Part shown: piece by piece, positions 37,775 to 50,438 of the stretch
How positions within the stretch are numbered: position 1 is the first letter of the stretch
Layout of the letters: the number at the start of each line of letters is the position of its first letter
Origin: Schmidtea nova
Taxonomy: Eukaryota
Assembly (NCBI GenBank): GCA_044892505.1
Contig: CM097883.1
Span: 378,262,001-378,326,000, forward strand
DNA: 64,000 nucleotides
Direction: 5' to 3'
Translations under genes and position numbers: made by a program
The notes under the pieces: generated by a model
Seen by the model: only the letters and a program-made list of their open reading frames with translations
Told to the model about the DNA's origin: nothing
The model's database searches: none

Positions 37775-38123
37775 CATGTCACACAACGAAAGGAGTAGCG
37801 TTAAAAATTTAAATATTATCGAATTCGTAGTTTCGTTTTGTTTTTTGATAAATACATAAAATCACACGTACACCGAATAACAACAATTGCGTAAGTCCTT
37901 CTACGGCCGCGTGAACCCGTAAACATAAAGGGGGAGTAGTCCTAGCAATAGTGCTCACCTGCCCCTCATTGTTTAACCACCCTGCGCATCACCAACTTGG
38001 TAATCGGGGGAAATAATCAAGGGCGCTCGAGTGTAACTTACGACTATTTGTGCATGATCATGGATGGGAGATCCCTAGCAATCATTGGAATTTTTACTAC
38101 CCCGTCCATGAACCCAGCACAAT

Positions 38124-38411
38124 CAAACAAACAATCTTAACTTTAATATTGACATATTTATTACGCTAACACCACTCAATTCGGGATTCAAACATTCATT
38201 TAGAAAAGTGCATACTCGGGGATATACAGCTATTTTTATCTTAGTATACAAAATTATTATTTTAATCCTATTTAAATTTCTATAATTTTAATGTATAAGT
38301 CTTAATAAACTCCGCTTATATCTTATTCCTATATCTTATTATTTACAATTTTATTAAAAATTTAATATTTTATCTTTTAAAAATTTGCCGAGGCCCTGAC
38401 AAAGGGTAACA
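38124..38411 (-). mobile_element. Terminal part of LTR-like element X (continues left of 31570)
   Basis: Minus strand starts TGTTACCCTTTGTCAGGGCCTCGGC; homologous to 44100-44367 (TGTGACCG...AGGCCTCGGC); split by copy 2 at the CAAT TSD. Confidence 0.6.
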
Positions 38412-39917
38412 TCCAAATTTTCCCAAAATTTTCGTTTATGCATTCTATAGGTTTATTTAAGGTTATTACGAAAATTATTTTAATTCTTGAATTTTTTATT
38501 ATATTTTAATTTAGGAAATCGAATTCCGATCGCGTCCTCGTCAGATTTACCTGTGAATTGCCGACAAAAAGAAACTATAAATGCGAATGCAAAAATCGCT
38601 AATTCTAATGTAGGAAAACAATTGATTTAATATAAGCCGCATAAAAATAAAATATATTCGGCATTGACATTAATGGCCCGTTGACTTTGATTGATTGTGA
38701 TGGGATTCGGCATTGTTTGCACATTACACATATTGTGTTTGGGATTAGATGGTTTTTTGGTTGAATTCTTTATTGGTTTTAATCTGTATAAACGATTGCT
38801 GATACTGACTCATATTGCGGCCACTGAAAATCGAAGGTTCATTAGGAATGTTTAAGAACGAGAAATGTTGGAGATTTTTTTAAATTGTTTGAGTAAATGA
38901 GAATTTGCCATTCCAAGCGTATTACATAACTGAGATTAAGATGAAAGAATTCCCGTATTCAATGACTGATGATTGTTATTGACACGATCCGATAGTTTAT
39001 AAGTATTCGATTCAGATAGGTTCTTTTAACTCGGTATTTCCACAGATCTCTGATTCGTCACAACTTTTGGATTTGAAAGTATTTCATTTGATTTCTTTTT
39101 TGATTTTGAATTAAAAATAGTGAGTTCTTGTTGGACCATGTTGGATTTATTTGAAAAAATTAAGTCAAAAAAAGTGAATATTAAAACAATGCCATTTAAA
39201 TCTCTCATTCCATAAATATTTAATCTAATTCCCTAATTTACAGTATGTAAATTTAATTTCTTATAATAAAGTTATTTATTTTCCCCTTCAGCTATTTTTA
39301 GAACGGAATTCCCATCGTGATCAATGGCGATTTCTACATTATGGATTGGAATCGGTAATTTTTATTATAACTATTATCTTAAAATTCAATATTTATTTGT
39401 AGATTGTTCCGCTTTATCAACGTTCTGATACGTTGAAATTCTCAGTAGAGTTAATCAAAATTTAAGTTATTTTACAAGTACGAAATTAGTGAGCTAAATC
39501 ATTTATTTGGCATCTCCTCAATTGAACCAGATGGAAAACGTGGATTTATTTTGTAATGGATTTTCCTTTTACCAAGTTGAAATATTTTTTATTTACTATT
39601 CTGGTGGAATTTTTCTTATACATGGAAATTTCTCGGTAACTTTCAGCATTGATTTAGATATTGTTCAAATCGCCTGGTAAGAATGAATTTTTATTTTACT
39701 ATTGGTATGGAACTTGATAACTATTTTCATGCAATTGTAACTTCAAATTAGAAATTTTCTGAGTTGTCTTTTCTTTCTATAGTTTTATTTATTTGAGTTC
39801 GTTCTAAATCAAAGGTTCCATGGCAAGTGCGCCCAAGACATATCCTCAGAGTGAATTTTTTATTTTAGATTTATCAAATGTTTACATGGAATAAATAAAA
39901 TTAATCATTAAGTTTCA

Positions 39918-40580
39918 GGTAAAACTGTATTTTAGCGTTTTTATTATTTCGTTATTTCAATCATGTATTTTAGCGTTTTTAATTATTGTTTAGTCGATGC
40001 AAATTTATTTCAAAATTATTTCAATTTTAAATTGTTAAACCGTCAACATGGCCGGTCTTATTCCAACTGTCAACATTGTCGATTGTTACCTGGCCACGTA
40101 TACTTCAGCACATATTACCAGGGACACATATTATGAGCGATGGTTGGGCCGCGTACAGAGGCATCTCAGGATTATCCCATGGCATTTACATGCATTCCGT
40201 TGTTGTGCACGACCAACATTTCATCGATCCGAACGATTCTGATGTGCACACCCAAGTGATAGAAAATCTATGGATGCGGGCAAAACGGAAACTTAAATGA
40301 CAATTTGGCACAAGTTCTGCGATCTTCAGTTCATATCTTCGTGAGTTTGAATTTCGCAGTGAAACCAGAGGACATCCCGTGTTTGCACGCATTTTATGTG
40401 TTTTGGCCGAACTCTATGTTGTTTGACGTTTAATCTACATTTAAGTAAATCCCCGTGTTTGTGTGTTTTTATTTACATAAACTTGTAATATAAACATGAA
40501 TTTGTCTTTCAATAATAAAATACGTTATTTTTTTGTAAGGAAAAAAAATTTAATAAAAAACGCTAAAATACAGTTTTACC
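39918..40580 (+). mobile_element. Merlin (ISXO2/IS1595-like) non-autonomous transposon with a transposase C-terminal remnant
   Basis: TIR GGTAAAACTGTATTTTAGCGTTTTT; perfect 8-bp TSD AAGTTTCA; ILPGTHIMSDGWAAY...HTQVIENLWMRAK...YLREFEFR at ~40076-40360. Confidence 0.93.
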
Positions 40581-43198
40581 AAGTTTCAGATGTAATTATT
40601 TAATTAATTGTAAAATGTTAAAATTTGCAATGTTTTTTGTAATTTTTTTAAGGTTTTTATTAATTATTTTATAATTATAAACTTAAATTTAGGATTGTCA
40701 AATATTGCCTTAAATTACAATAATTTTCCTAATCTATCCCTAAAGATTTAGAAACAAATATTTTATTTATTTAAACAAAATTTAAAATGATAATTAAGAT
40801 ATAGAATTGTTAGCTTAAAAAATAAAAAATATGTCATTTATGTGCTATATAAAATTAGAGGATTTCACAATTATGGTACAATAGTGTCACCTAAAATACC
40901 TAGGATTGGGTAATACACACAAGTTGTTATTGGCAATGAACGCACATAGATAACTACTAATATAGGAAAATTTTTGAACAAATAGAAATATTATTTTAAC
41001 TAAATGATGAACAAAACCTCAAAAGATCGAAATAAAAGGCTATTATGTAACAAAATCAGAATTAGGAGAATCATTTCGTGTTTCAATATTGTAAATATAA
41101 ATACAGCTTTTGAGATTATTTAAATCTAAGTTTTTAATTTAGTTTTTAAGTATATTTTACAGTATTTATTTGCATTTAATTGACCAAACTAGCGCGGCGT
41201 CGCAATAAGTAAAATTTGACAGTACGTTAATTAAGAATTGACCAAGAAATTTGATGATTAATCTAAAACTCGGGATAATTATAAACGAACTTATAAAAAT
41301 ATTAGAAAAAAGTTTTATTACTAATGACATTTACAGTATCTGAATAGTAATATTACATCATTGATAATATTAGCATAGCTTTTTCTTGATCAAAACGTAT
41401 CCATTTTAACTCCGCTGGTATTTTAGATACAAGCCAAGGTTGATTAGTTTGATAAACAATTTTTCCCGCCTAATTGTGTTTGTTTAGCTTTATGAAAAAA
41501 TCGATTTCCGCCTAATACCACACTTTGAGCTATTTTAAAGTATATATATCGTGTGATATTGAAGATATTTATTAAAATTAGCACCACCATATGATTCAAT
41601 ATCATACTCTTAAGCGGTAATATTGTATTATCATAGGTAAAAATGCGAAGAAAAACAATACTTCCAAATTCGATAGTTTAAGCTTTAGTCGGTATTTTAT
41701 AAGTCTCTGTTTTTACTAAAAGGACCAGACAGTCCCAATGTCTTTCAAGAGAAATTAAATATAAATTTAATTGAGAAAAAATTTCGACATCAAATACTTT
41801 TTAATTTAAATAAACTATTTGCGTTTAATAAATTGATTGACAAAGATTGAACTCTATATAAGGAATAAAAAACTAAGTCAAATTAATTCTTAATGAAAAT
41901 GCAGCACCAAAGATTAATTATGCATTTTAAAATTACAAAGTTCAGTGATTATTAGTGAGTACCCACCAGTTTAAAAGAAAATTATTGTTTTGTGCCGAAT
42001 CAGAATCACAAATATGTTGAGGCGGTTTGTTGCAAAGTTAAAATCCATAGATTAAACTATTAAAAATAAAGATAGATTTGCCGTATAAGTGTGATCATTG
42101 TTACTTGAGAAATTGAATATTACCTCATGTGGATTGCCACTGGTTTCTCGACAACTATTAAGTCCGATCTCCCCCTAGTGCTTTGCAGCAGTATGTCAAT
42201 GATATACTGACTTCATATCCAAAGAGCTTCTACGAAAATGACATTTTTGAGATAGCGAAAATACATCCAAGTTGGTGGAGCTTCCATTGATAAATAAACC
42301 TTTACATGTTGCTTGTTTGTTGCTGAAAGTTTGAATAAAATCGGTTGCTTATTTCTTGTCAAGTCTAAGTACTTATTGAGTGCAAACGTATTTATATTTA
42401 TAATTGAAGTCAAAATAGTGTTAAGATAATAACCCCACATAATAAAAACCCCTAATCTACTATTATGGTAACATTGTAACTATTGTTTAACAGAAATTAT
42501 GTGTGATTGTGTGCAAATTAACTATCATCATTTTTCAGAATATATTTCTTTTTTTTGTATCGGATAATTATAGTTAATCCAACAAAATGATTTCCATTTG
42601 CAAATGATTCAAGTTGAAGGAGCTGGGGAACTCATCTCAAAGAAAGGCCTTTTAAGGCTACTAGAAAACTTTAAAGTCAACTGATTATCGTCCTTTCGCT
42701 TTATATAAAAAATATATAGGTTAAAAAGATACATGTAAACCTAGTATTATAAAATAGAGCTCTCAAGTTAGCTTCATAATTATTAGACAACTTCCCAGAA
42801 ACCTTGCCTCCGAAGTAGTAAATGGTAATAGAGCCAGGTAATTAAAAAATTTTGAGAATATTAGCTGCAGAGTAAACAAAACTTGAAAAATTACATCCAA
42901 CACAAGTATAAGACGAAGATAAAAATCTTGATCGCTACCAAGGAATCAGACACCTAATTTATAACGAAGACTTCGATATCAATTCGTTTAAATTTATCTT
43001 TTCAGAATTTTTTTAAATTTACAAATAATAGAATGTTTCTTTATTTGCAATTGTTTTCAGAATATTGACGGCTATAGACGCAACTGTCCGTCAACGTGTT
43101 AATATTTTTTATTTATTTGTAAAATCAAAATATTTGTGATTTTAGAATTGGATAAAAATTTTGAGCAGTAATTAGGATTTATCAACGAGGGTTATATA

Positions 43199-46100
43199 TG
43201 TTGGATGACGATGGAAGACCCATAGAGGCATTCAAAATCAATAAATATTATCATATTGGTAACAATAGATACCGAACAAATATCTATCTAGAAAAGTAAT
43301 CCCCGATCAAATCTCAGTCATCTCAATCTCAATCATTCAAAGCCTCAATTGTCCGCCCCAATCTCTACGTTTCAATCATCTTAATCAAATCATCAGAAAT
43401 CCCTTTCGAAAAATAACTATAAACTATCTAAAACTCTAATTCACTCTATCAATCTTTGTGATCATCAGTTAACTATTGTCTGTCAATCTAAACATTTTAA
43501 ATTGTCTATGTGATCCGAACATTCTAAATTATCTGCGTGATCTAAACATTTTAAATTATCTATGTGGTCATCTATCTATCAAACCCTTCGACTATGAACA
43601 ATTCAGACTATCATCCTCATAAACAATTGATCATGCATGAACTTTTAATATTGATTTTATTAATTCAGGATTTTATTTTATTTTTATTTGTATTGGTGGG
43701 TTGTTGATCGTCAATATGACCTTGACGTTACTGTGGCTCTCATCAACAACTCAACACATAAAACATTAGATTTAACCATTTTGTTGCCCGTCACAATGTA
43801 ACGTTGGTAATGCAACAAATGGGTGGGTATTCGCAATCAGTGAGCGTCGTCAATACGAAACTATGATTGACCGAATATCTCCTGGGTCCAAGGGCTACGG
43901 ATAGAAGGTTTAATGCCCATTTTGTCCCTTCTTACATGATTTAACTACGAATATTCATTTCAATTTAAAAGAAGACATAAATAGTTCCATCAATATAAAT
44001 TTATTAATTTTTCCCAATTAATCATTATACATAGTATTATCCAAACGCACAGGAGTTTTCGCGCATTTATTTTTATTCGTAAGCTCGTACTCAAGCATAT
44101 CATCGCAATCTCAATTCGGGAATCGAATGATCTTGATCAACACATATATTCGGGGTATTTGATTTCTGACGATTTTAGCTAAACTTTATCATTTTCTGGA
44201 CTTTTTTAAATTTGTATATTTTTATGTCAATAAATTTAATTAAACTCTCTTTATCCCCTATACCTAATGTCTATCTTGCTTTATAATTTTAATTCAATTT
44301 TTATCAAAAATCCGATAATTATAATATTTGAATTTTAGCCGAGGCCTTAGTAACGGCAACGGTCACAATCTTTCCTCATAATATATTTTCTTTTGAAGTT
44401 AAAAAAAATTTATCTGAATTTAGGAGATTTAATTTTTACTTTAGGTCCCAAACAGAATGTTACATTAGGAAACACTGTCTCGGGTTAGTTTTATCCAGAA
44501 ATATCGGCGTTCCCCCACCGAGAAGCATAACTATATAACCATTGAGCAAAAATAATCAGTTCCTATTGGTTGAATTCGTTATGGTATGCTTTATTGCATA
44601 ATGAAATTTATCGATTCATTTTATAATTTTAGTAATCTATCTTCAATTGGACAAAAAGGTAAATTCTTATTTTTTCTTTTTCCTGTTTAATCTCTCATAA
44701 TCAATCCTAGCACCACACGGATTATTCAGGGCCCAGTGAAGTCGCCATCAACTCAAGGAACGTAATTCAAGCTTTCGTCAAGAAAAATCAACAATTTGAC
44801 TCTTCTTGCTGACTCTCAAAAATGGAATAATCATCAAACCGATGAGGAAATCCCGTGCATCTCTCGAATTGAACCCCCATTCTCGGGGAGTGTTCTCATG
44901 GATTTATCCGAAGAAATCATTACCTTGGGATTATTATACTTGATTTTTTCTGATCGAGATGTCTTTTGATTAAATTTCTTGAGTTGGTATTTTTATTTCA
45001 TAAAATTATTTAATGGTAATATTTTATGTTTATGCAAGAGAATTTTTAGCTGGTAAAATTTTTGTAATTCACGATTAATGTTATGGTAATATTTTGCCTT
45101 TATGTAAGAGAATTTTTATAAAATTGAATCCCGATATAATTCTTAATCCAAGTAAAAATTTCTTCTCAGATATTTTTCGGAAAATAAACACTAAAAATAA
45201 ATTCTGAGTCAAAATTAAAAATAGTTTATTGAGGAATTGATTACGGGTACGAATGTCATTCGATGACTTTTATAGTTTTCCTGAAGGGTATTACTCCGTT
45301 CACTGGGTAGGTCAATTCAACCGATAGAAGGTCTGCTTACACGGGGGATTTCACCACATGGTATTATAATTAACCAATCCTTTTTTAGAAATAAGTTTTA
45401 TGGGTACCTTATGTCATTGATGAATGTGGTGATTGTAGGCTCGTGTGTATATAATATGGAAATAATACTGCAATATATCGAGATAGATATCCTATTGTTG
45501 TGAATGTATGTGTTTGTATGTCGGAAAGATGCTACTGCAATGGGTGATAAACAATGGATGTGATTGTATGAATATCTATGGGGATTGTCTGGATGTATGG
45601 TGCTAGTGAATACTGTGAGATGAAAATCATGTTGTGTATGTTGGTGAGTCGATGTATTGTTTATGGTATTATTTAGTATAGAAAATCTTATTGATTGAAA
45701 TGTGATAGTGTGTGTGTTGGTAACTGAATGTATTTTTGTATTGTATTAGGTATGGGTGTTACTAATGAATGAAATGGATGTAAGTTTTTGCAAATAGGGA
45801 TGCATTATGATTTTGAGATATCGTGGGGGGTATTTTATAAAATAATATATTTATATATAAAATATTTTCAAAATTAAAATAATAATAATAATTTTTATAA
45901 TGATTTTTACAAATTTTAACTAAAATTTCTAATTTTTATAATATACATTTTTTGGAATTCAAATTTTTAAATTTTAAGATTTTATATATTAATTGTAAAT
46001 TTTTCTATGAAATTTTGAATTTTGAATTTTTTAAAATGATAAAATCTTTTATATAATAACAATATTTTCGATTTGCAATTTTTATGGGGTTCGATATAAT

Positions 46101-48650
46101 TTTTTATTTACAAATTCTTTGGAAAATTTTTGGTTCACAATTTTTTCATTATAAAATTTTTGCAATATAATAAAAAGTAAATTTTAAAAAAATTAAATCT
46201 AAATTAAATCTAAATAAGAATTCAATCTAAAAATCTTTGTATACTAAATAAAATTGAGAGTAAAATAAATTATAAATTCTTCAAAGAATATTTTTCGATA
46301 TCGAGTAAAGTGAATTTCGGTTTCGTTTGAGCATGAATTTCCCAACCAAAGTGCGCGCGAATTTTTCGGGACACTCCACTTAGGAACTTCAGGCTCCCGA
46401 AAATAAGGTTCACTAGAGAAAATTATTTAGATAATGAATGAGGTTTAATTCAGATCAACCAATATCTGTCTTCATAATTCGGTTCATTTCGTGATCATGA
46501 TATCAGCTTTGAGCATTATTCCAAACGATTCTCCTCTCAATATTAGCTTTCATTCTACTTGTGTTTTTCTGATACGATGGTAATTGCTGTGAGAGTGAAG
46601 GCGAATGACGAGTAAATTATTCTTGTACAGTTAAATTATATAATGGAAAAGACATTGCTGGACGAATTGACATTTACGTTTTTATGTAGTATTAGGTTTT
46701 AAATGCTCATTATGTTAAAAAAATTATAATTCCAATAAAATACACTATTATAAATTATAGATCATTAATATAACACCTTGCCCTTGGCCAAGCCACTGTT
46801 TCCCAGTTGGGATGAAGTGATCATGGATGTTTGGGCGTATCAGCTGGACTCGGAAATATGGGCTGATCGATTTACGAATCGAACCAGCGATCTGCTCAGG
46901 CTACTTCCACCCGCTCGGCACAAGGCCAGAAACAGGCTTCAGGGGGTATGGAAGAAAAAAAGAATTATTACTTTTATCTCTATACAATAAATATTATTCA
47001 AAGTAAATTTTAGTTAAATCTGGGAATTTATGACATTTCGAAATAAAAAAAAAATTTCATTCAATATTTTGTTTAATAAATAAAATATAACAATAATAAC
47101 AATAATATACGATTAGCAATAAACAAAATAAAGTACTACCGGTACGGGGTAATTGAAGGGGCATGATTTTTTAATGACCCCGCACCAAACAATAAAAGGG
47201 TGCTTACTCTAGTTTCGGTTCAAATAATTAATCAAATCGGATTTTCCCTTTTTGAAATATTTTGATTCTCCACCGATTGAGGTATTTTGCGAGTTCGGAT
47301 TTTCCTTTTGAGTTCTTCAGGAAATTATCAAAATCGGTTTCTCTTCAAAACTTTTCGCAAAGTTCACAAAATTTCAGTAAAATAAACTTTCCGCAAATTC
47401 TACCAAAAAAATAATTCTTCCGCAAATTCCGCAAATTTTTAAGTTACAAAAATTTTCCACAAATTCTGATTCTTGCCATTTTGATGGCTGTATATATACC
47501 ATTGATTTTGCGTTACCTTCACTAATGCAGTAAAACAAATTGTTCTAGAATGTTCTCTTTAATTTTTCTAAATCAATTCTAATGATTTTCCGCCGAATTA
47601 AATCAATATTTTTACGTAATAATTTTTATAAATCATAAATAATTTATTTTTAATCCAAAATTTTCATTTTTGAATCGAAATTTATTCAATTTGATTTAAT
47701 TTGTTATATTTCGATCAAAATTAGTTCTTTTTATCTTTAATGTGAAATTTTATGATAAAATCACAATTTTCTTCTAAAGTTTTGTTAATTTTTTCTGCAC
47801 TGAAGTTTAATGACACAATTCTGTTCTTTATGGGCATTTTCAATGGGTTTTAGGCCTATTCTAACTTTCAAACGTTCTTTTGACGATTTTTAATTTTTCT
47901 CGAGATTTCAGTGTAAGGACTTGCAAATTCACAGCTAGCGCGTACTCTACTGGTTGATGTGTTTTGAGTCCACTTCACCTTTTGGTGTTTCTCGCTTAAT
48001 AACTTTGGTTTTTAATGAATGTTTGGGTTAAAATTGAATCTTGCGCGTTCTCTACTTACGGGTTACTGCTTTATTAAAACAATTTGCAGTTTTTGCCCAA
48101 TAGTATTTTTATTTTTATTAATTGTAATTATTATTTATATAAGTATTCAATTAGATATTTTGAAATAATTATTATGCACGTTGTCAATTTTAGTGTATTG
48201 AACGGTCAATTTATGTGTCTACCAATTATGTGAAACAGAATTTACTTTTGAATGTCAAATAAATATCAATTTTTTAATTTAAATGCCAGCACAAATTTGG
48301 GTATATAAGGCAAAGGCAATTCAGCCAAATTGCCATAAAATCTAGTCGTAAAATTTCCGCTAACAATTTTGCTTTCTCAGGTACAAATCCTGTAGAGCTT
48401 TTAAAATAGACCAGTTGGTCAGAAATATATAAAATTAACTAAAATTTTAAACAGTAAACAGAACTTTAAAGTTGAATTTGAAGAATTGTATTGAAATAGA
48501 AAAAGGATTGAATCAGTGTACAAGTTTTATCAGTAATAATTTTGTTATACAATAAATTTTTTCAGACGAACATCTTATTGTCTTATTTATTTATATAGGA
48601 ATCACCACCCCCAGTTGATATTTCAAATACACATATTTGAGACCTCAACA
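43199..48650 (+). mobile_element. Solo LTR of the 60956-62139 family, split by a 4.4-kb insertion
   Basis: 43199-43690 and 48103-48650 together are collinear with 60956-62139 (TGTTGGATGACG...GAGACCTCAACA). Flanks TATA / TATT. Confidence 0.85.
43694..48102. mobile_element. Composite LTR-related insertion with a GTAT target duplication
   Basis: GTAT at 43690-43693 and 48103-48106; right end CCCAATA (like CCCAACA). Contains relatives of element X: ORF halves, and an LTR start at 44367 with PPT-like GAGGAAAGAT on the minus strand. Confidence 0.55.
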
Positions 48651-49239
48651 TATTTATCCTTTTACCACAAGTATTTAAAGTCATTAACTAATTGTTTGTT
48701 ATGAATTTTATTTTTTTTCCTGGTTTTTATGATAGGCACTTGTGATTGCATAATCATAGTTTATAAATACATCTTTTATTTATACACACAGTAGCCTAAC
48801 GATGACAAAATATATAGTAAAATATATTTTTAAATCACGTTTTGTTAAAAAATATTATTTGATATTTTGAATAAATTGTTTGGGGTATATATTCAATTTA
48901 GGAAATGGAAAGGAATCAAAAATACTTACAAAAATCCATGATTACTGGAAAACAGTCGTGGAGATCCTAGAATTTTTTTCAGACTATGTAACATGTACGA
49001 ACATAACGTGAATTGTTAATATGTATTATATAGTATGCAGATCAATAATAATTAATATATATTTTCTCATTACGGCAGCGGTTTCCAACATGGGAGGCAC
49101 CAAAATTTTTTTAAAAAATTAATTTTTATACCATAATATCTACAAATAAATAAAACTTCATATCTTAACGTAACAGTGAAAATTCAGTGCATGAATGTTT
49201 ATTTTTATTTTTTTTACATTTACATATATTTAATTCTTG

Positions 49240-49920
49240 TTAGAAAATCATCAAATGAAAGGCCAAATAATAATTTTTATTCGTTTCCGTAACTAAATAA
49301 ACAACATTCAAATGGACTTTCGAGAGGATTTCGGGAGAATCGTCAAATCGAACTATGACATCGTTACTGCCAGACAATGATTGGATTTTATCATTAGATT
49401 GTTGTTTGTAATGAACACTACGTAAAAGAATAGAGAAAGGCTCTCGGTGATTTGTTCGGCTATTGATTTGAGACCAAGAAAACAAGCGCGCTTCAGGGAT
49501 TTGTATATCGTTGTTCAGTTGTTTATTTGCAACATGAATAAATGTGATCACACAAGGCACAGTGAAACATTTTACGCAGTCATAATCTCCTTTTATCGCT
49601 TTTGCGGTGCACATCTTTGTAATTGTGATCAATGATTAAACTAAATCCGTCCTCAAAGACACCTCTGAATCGTTGCAAATTAATATTAGAGCATTCAATA
49701 ATGCTGATGAAATGTTGCTGCTGTTTTCTGAATATTGTCGGCTCTGAATATACATCATGGCTTTTTGAAACGCTTGTTTACGATAGAAATAATCTCCACA
49801 TTTAAAATTCGTTATCAATTGACTTTCAAAATTATCATCAGGTTCATGTGATTCTGTATAATCGGGAAAAGGCCATTCATCAAATTCCAGATAATCTTCA
49901 TTTAGAACTGCACTGTTCAT
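49240..49920 (-). pseudogene. Captured chimeric ORF: PPP4R1-like N-terminus, one TAA, then an unassigned 130-aa segment in the same frame
   Basis: An acidic N-terminus followed by LLNALILICNDSEVSLRTDLV resembles PP4 regulatory subunit 1 (RLADDSEPTVRAELM). This is a weak, by-eye match. Confidence 0.5.
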
Positions 49921-50438
49921 TAGTAAATTTTTGTATCCTCAATTCAAAAATTCAAATCCTCAAAATCGAAAATAAATTGTTCTCAACAAACCCAAATTTC
50001 CAGCCAAGAAAATCCTAAATCCAACTTGGATTAATTAAACAAAAACCAAATCAACCATAAATCCACAATAATCAATTAAAATCGAGCCCAAATTCCAACT
50101 CGATTACTAGACGAAGAAAAATAGCACACGCGCACACAGACGCAAAAGAAACATAACTGAAAAATGCGCACGGGCGCGAGACAATTTTTAACTACTCGAG
50201 CACACAGACGCCATAGAAAATTAGAATCAGTGCGCACCCTGACGCTACCAAAATTACTCAATTAACCGCGCACACAAATCCACAACAAACTAACCCAACA
50301 CATTCGAACACTTGTTGTTTTAAATTGTTTTTGACGTGATTTCTATCTGAAAATAATCGTTCGTATATTTTAAACTTTATTTTTTTATTTCAACTATTAT
50401 TTATTTTAATTTATATCAATAAAATATTTTTTAGACGA

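Larger units (their letters stand above)
31571..38119 (+). mobile_element. ORF-bearing TG...CA element, copy 2 (~3.1 kb without the nested insertion)
   Basis: TGTTGGG...CCCAGCA; 4-bp TSD CAAT (31567-31570, 38120-38123); interrupted by an LTR element at 34370-37774. Confidence 0.88.
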
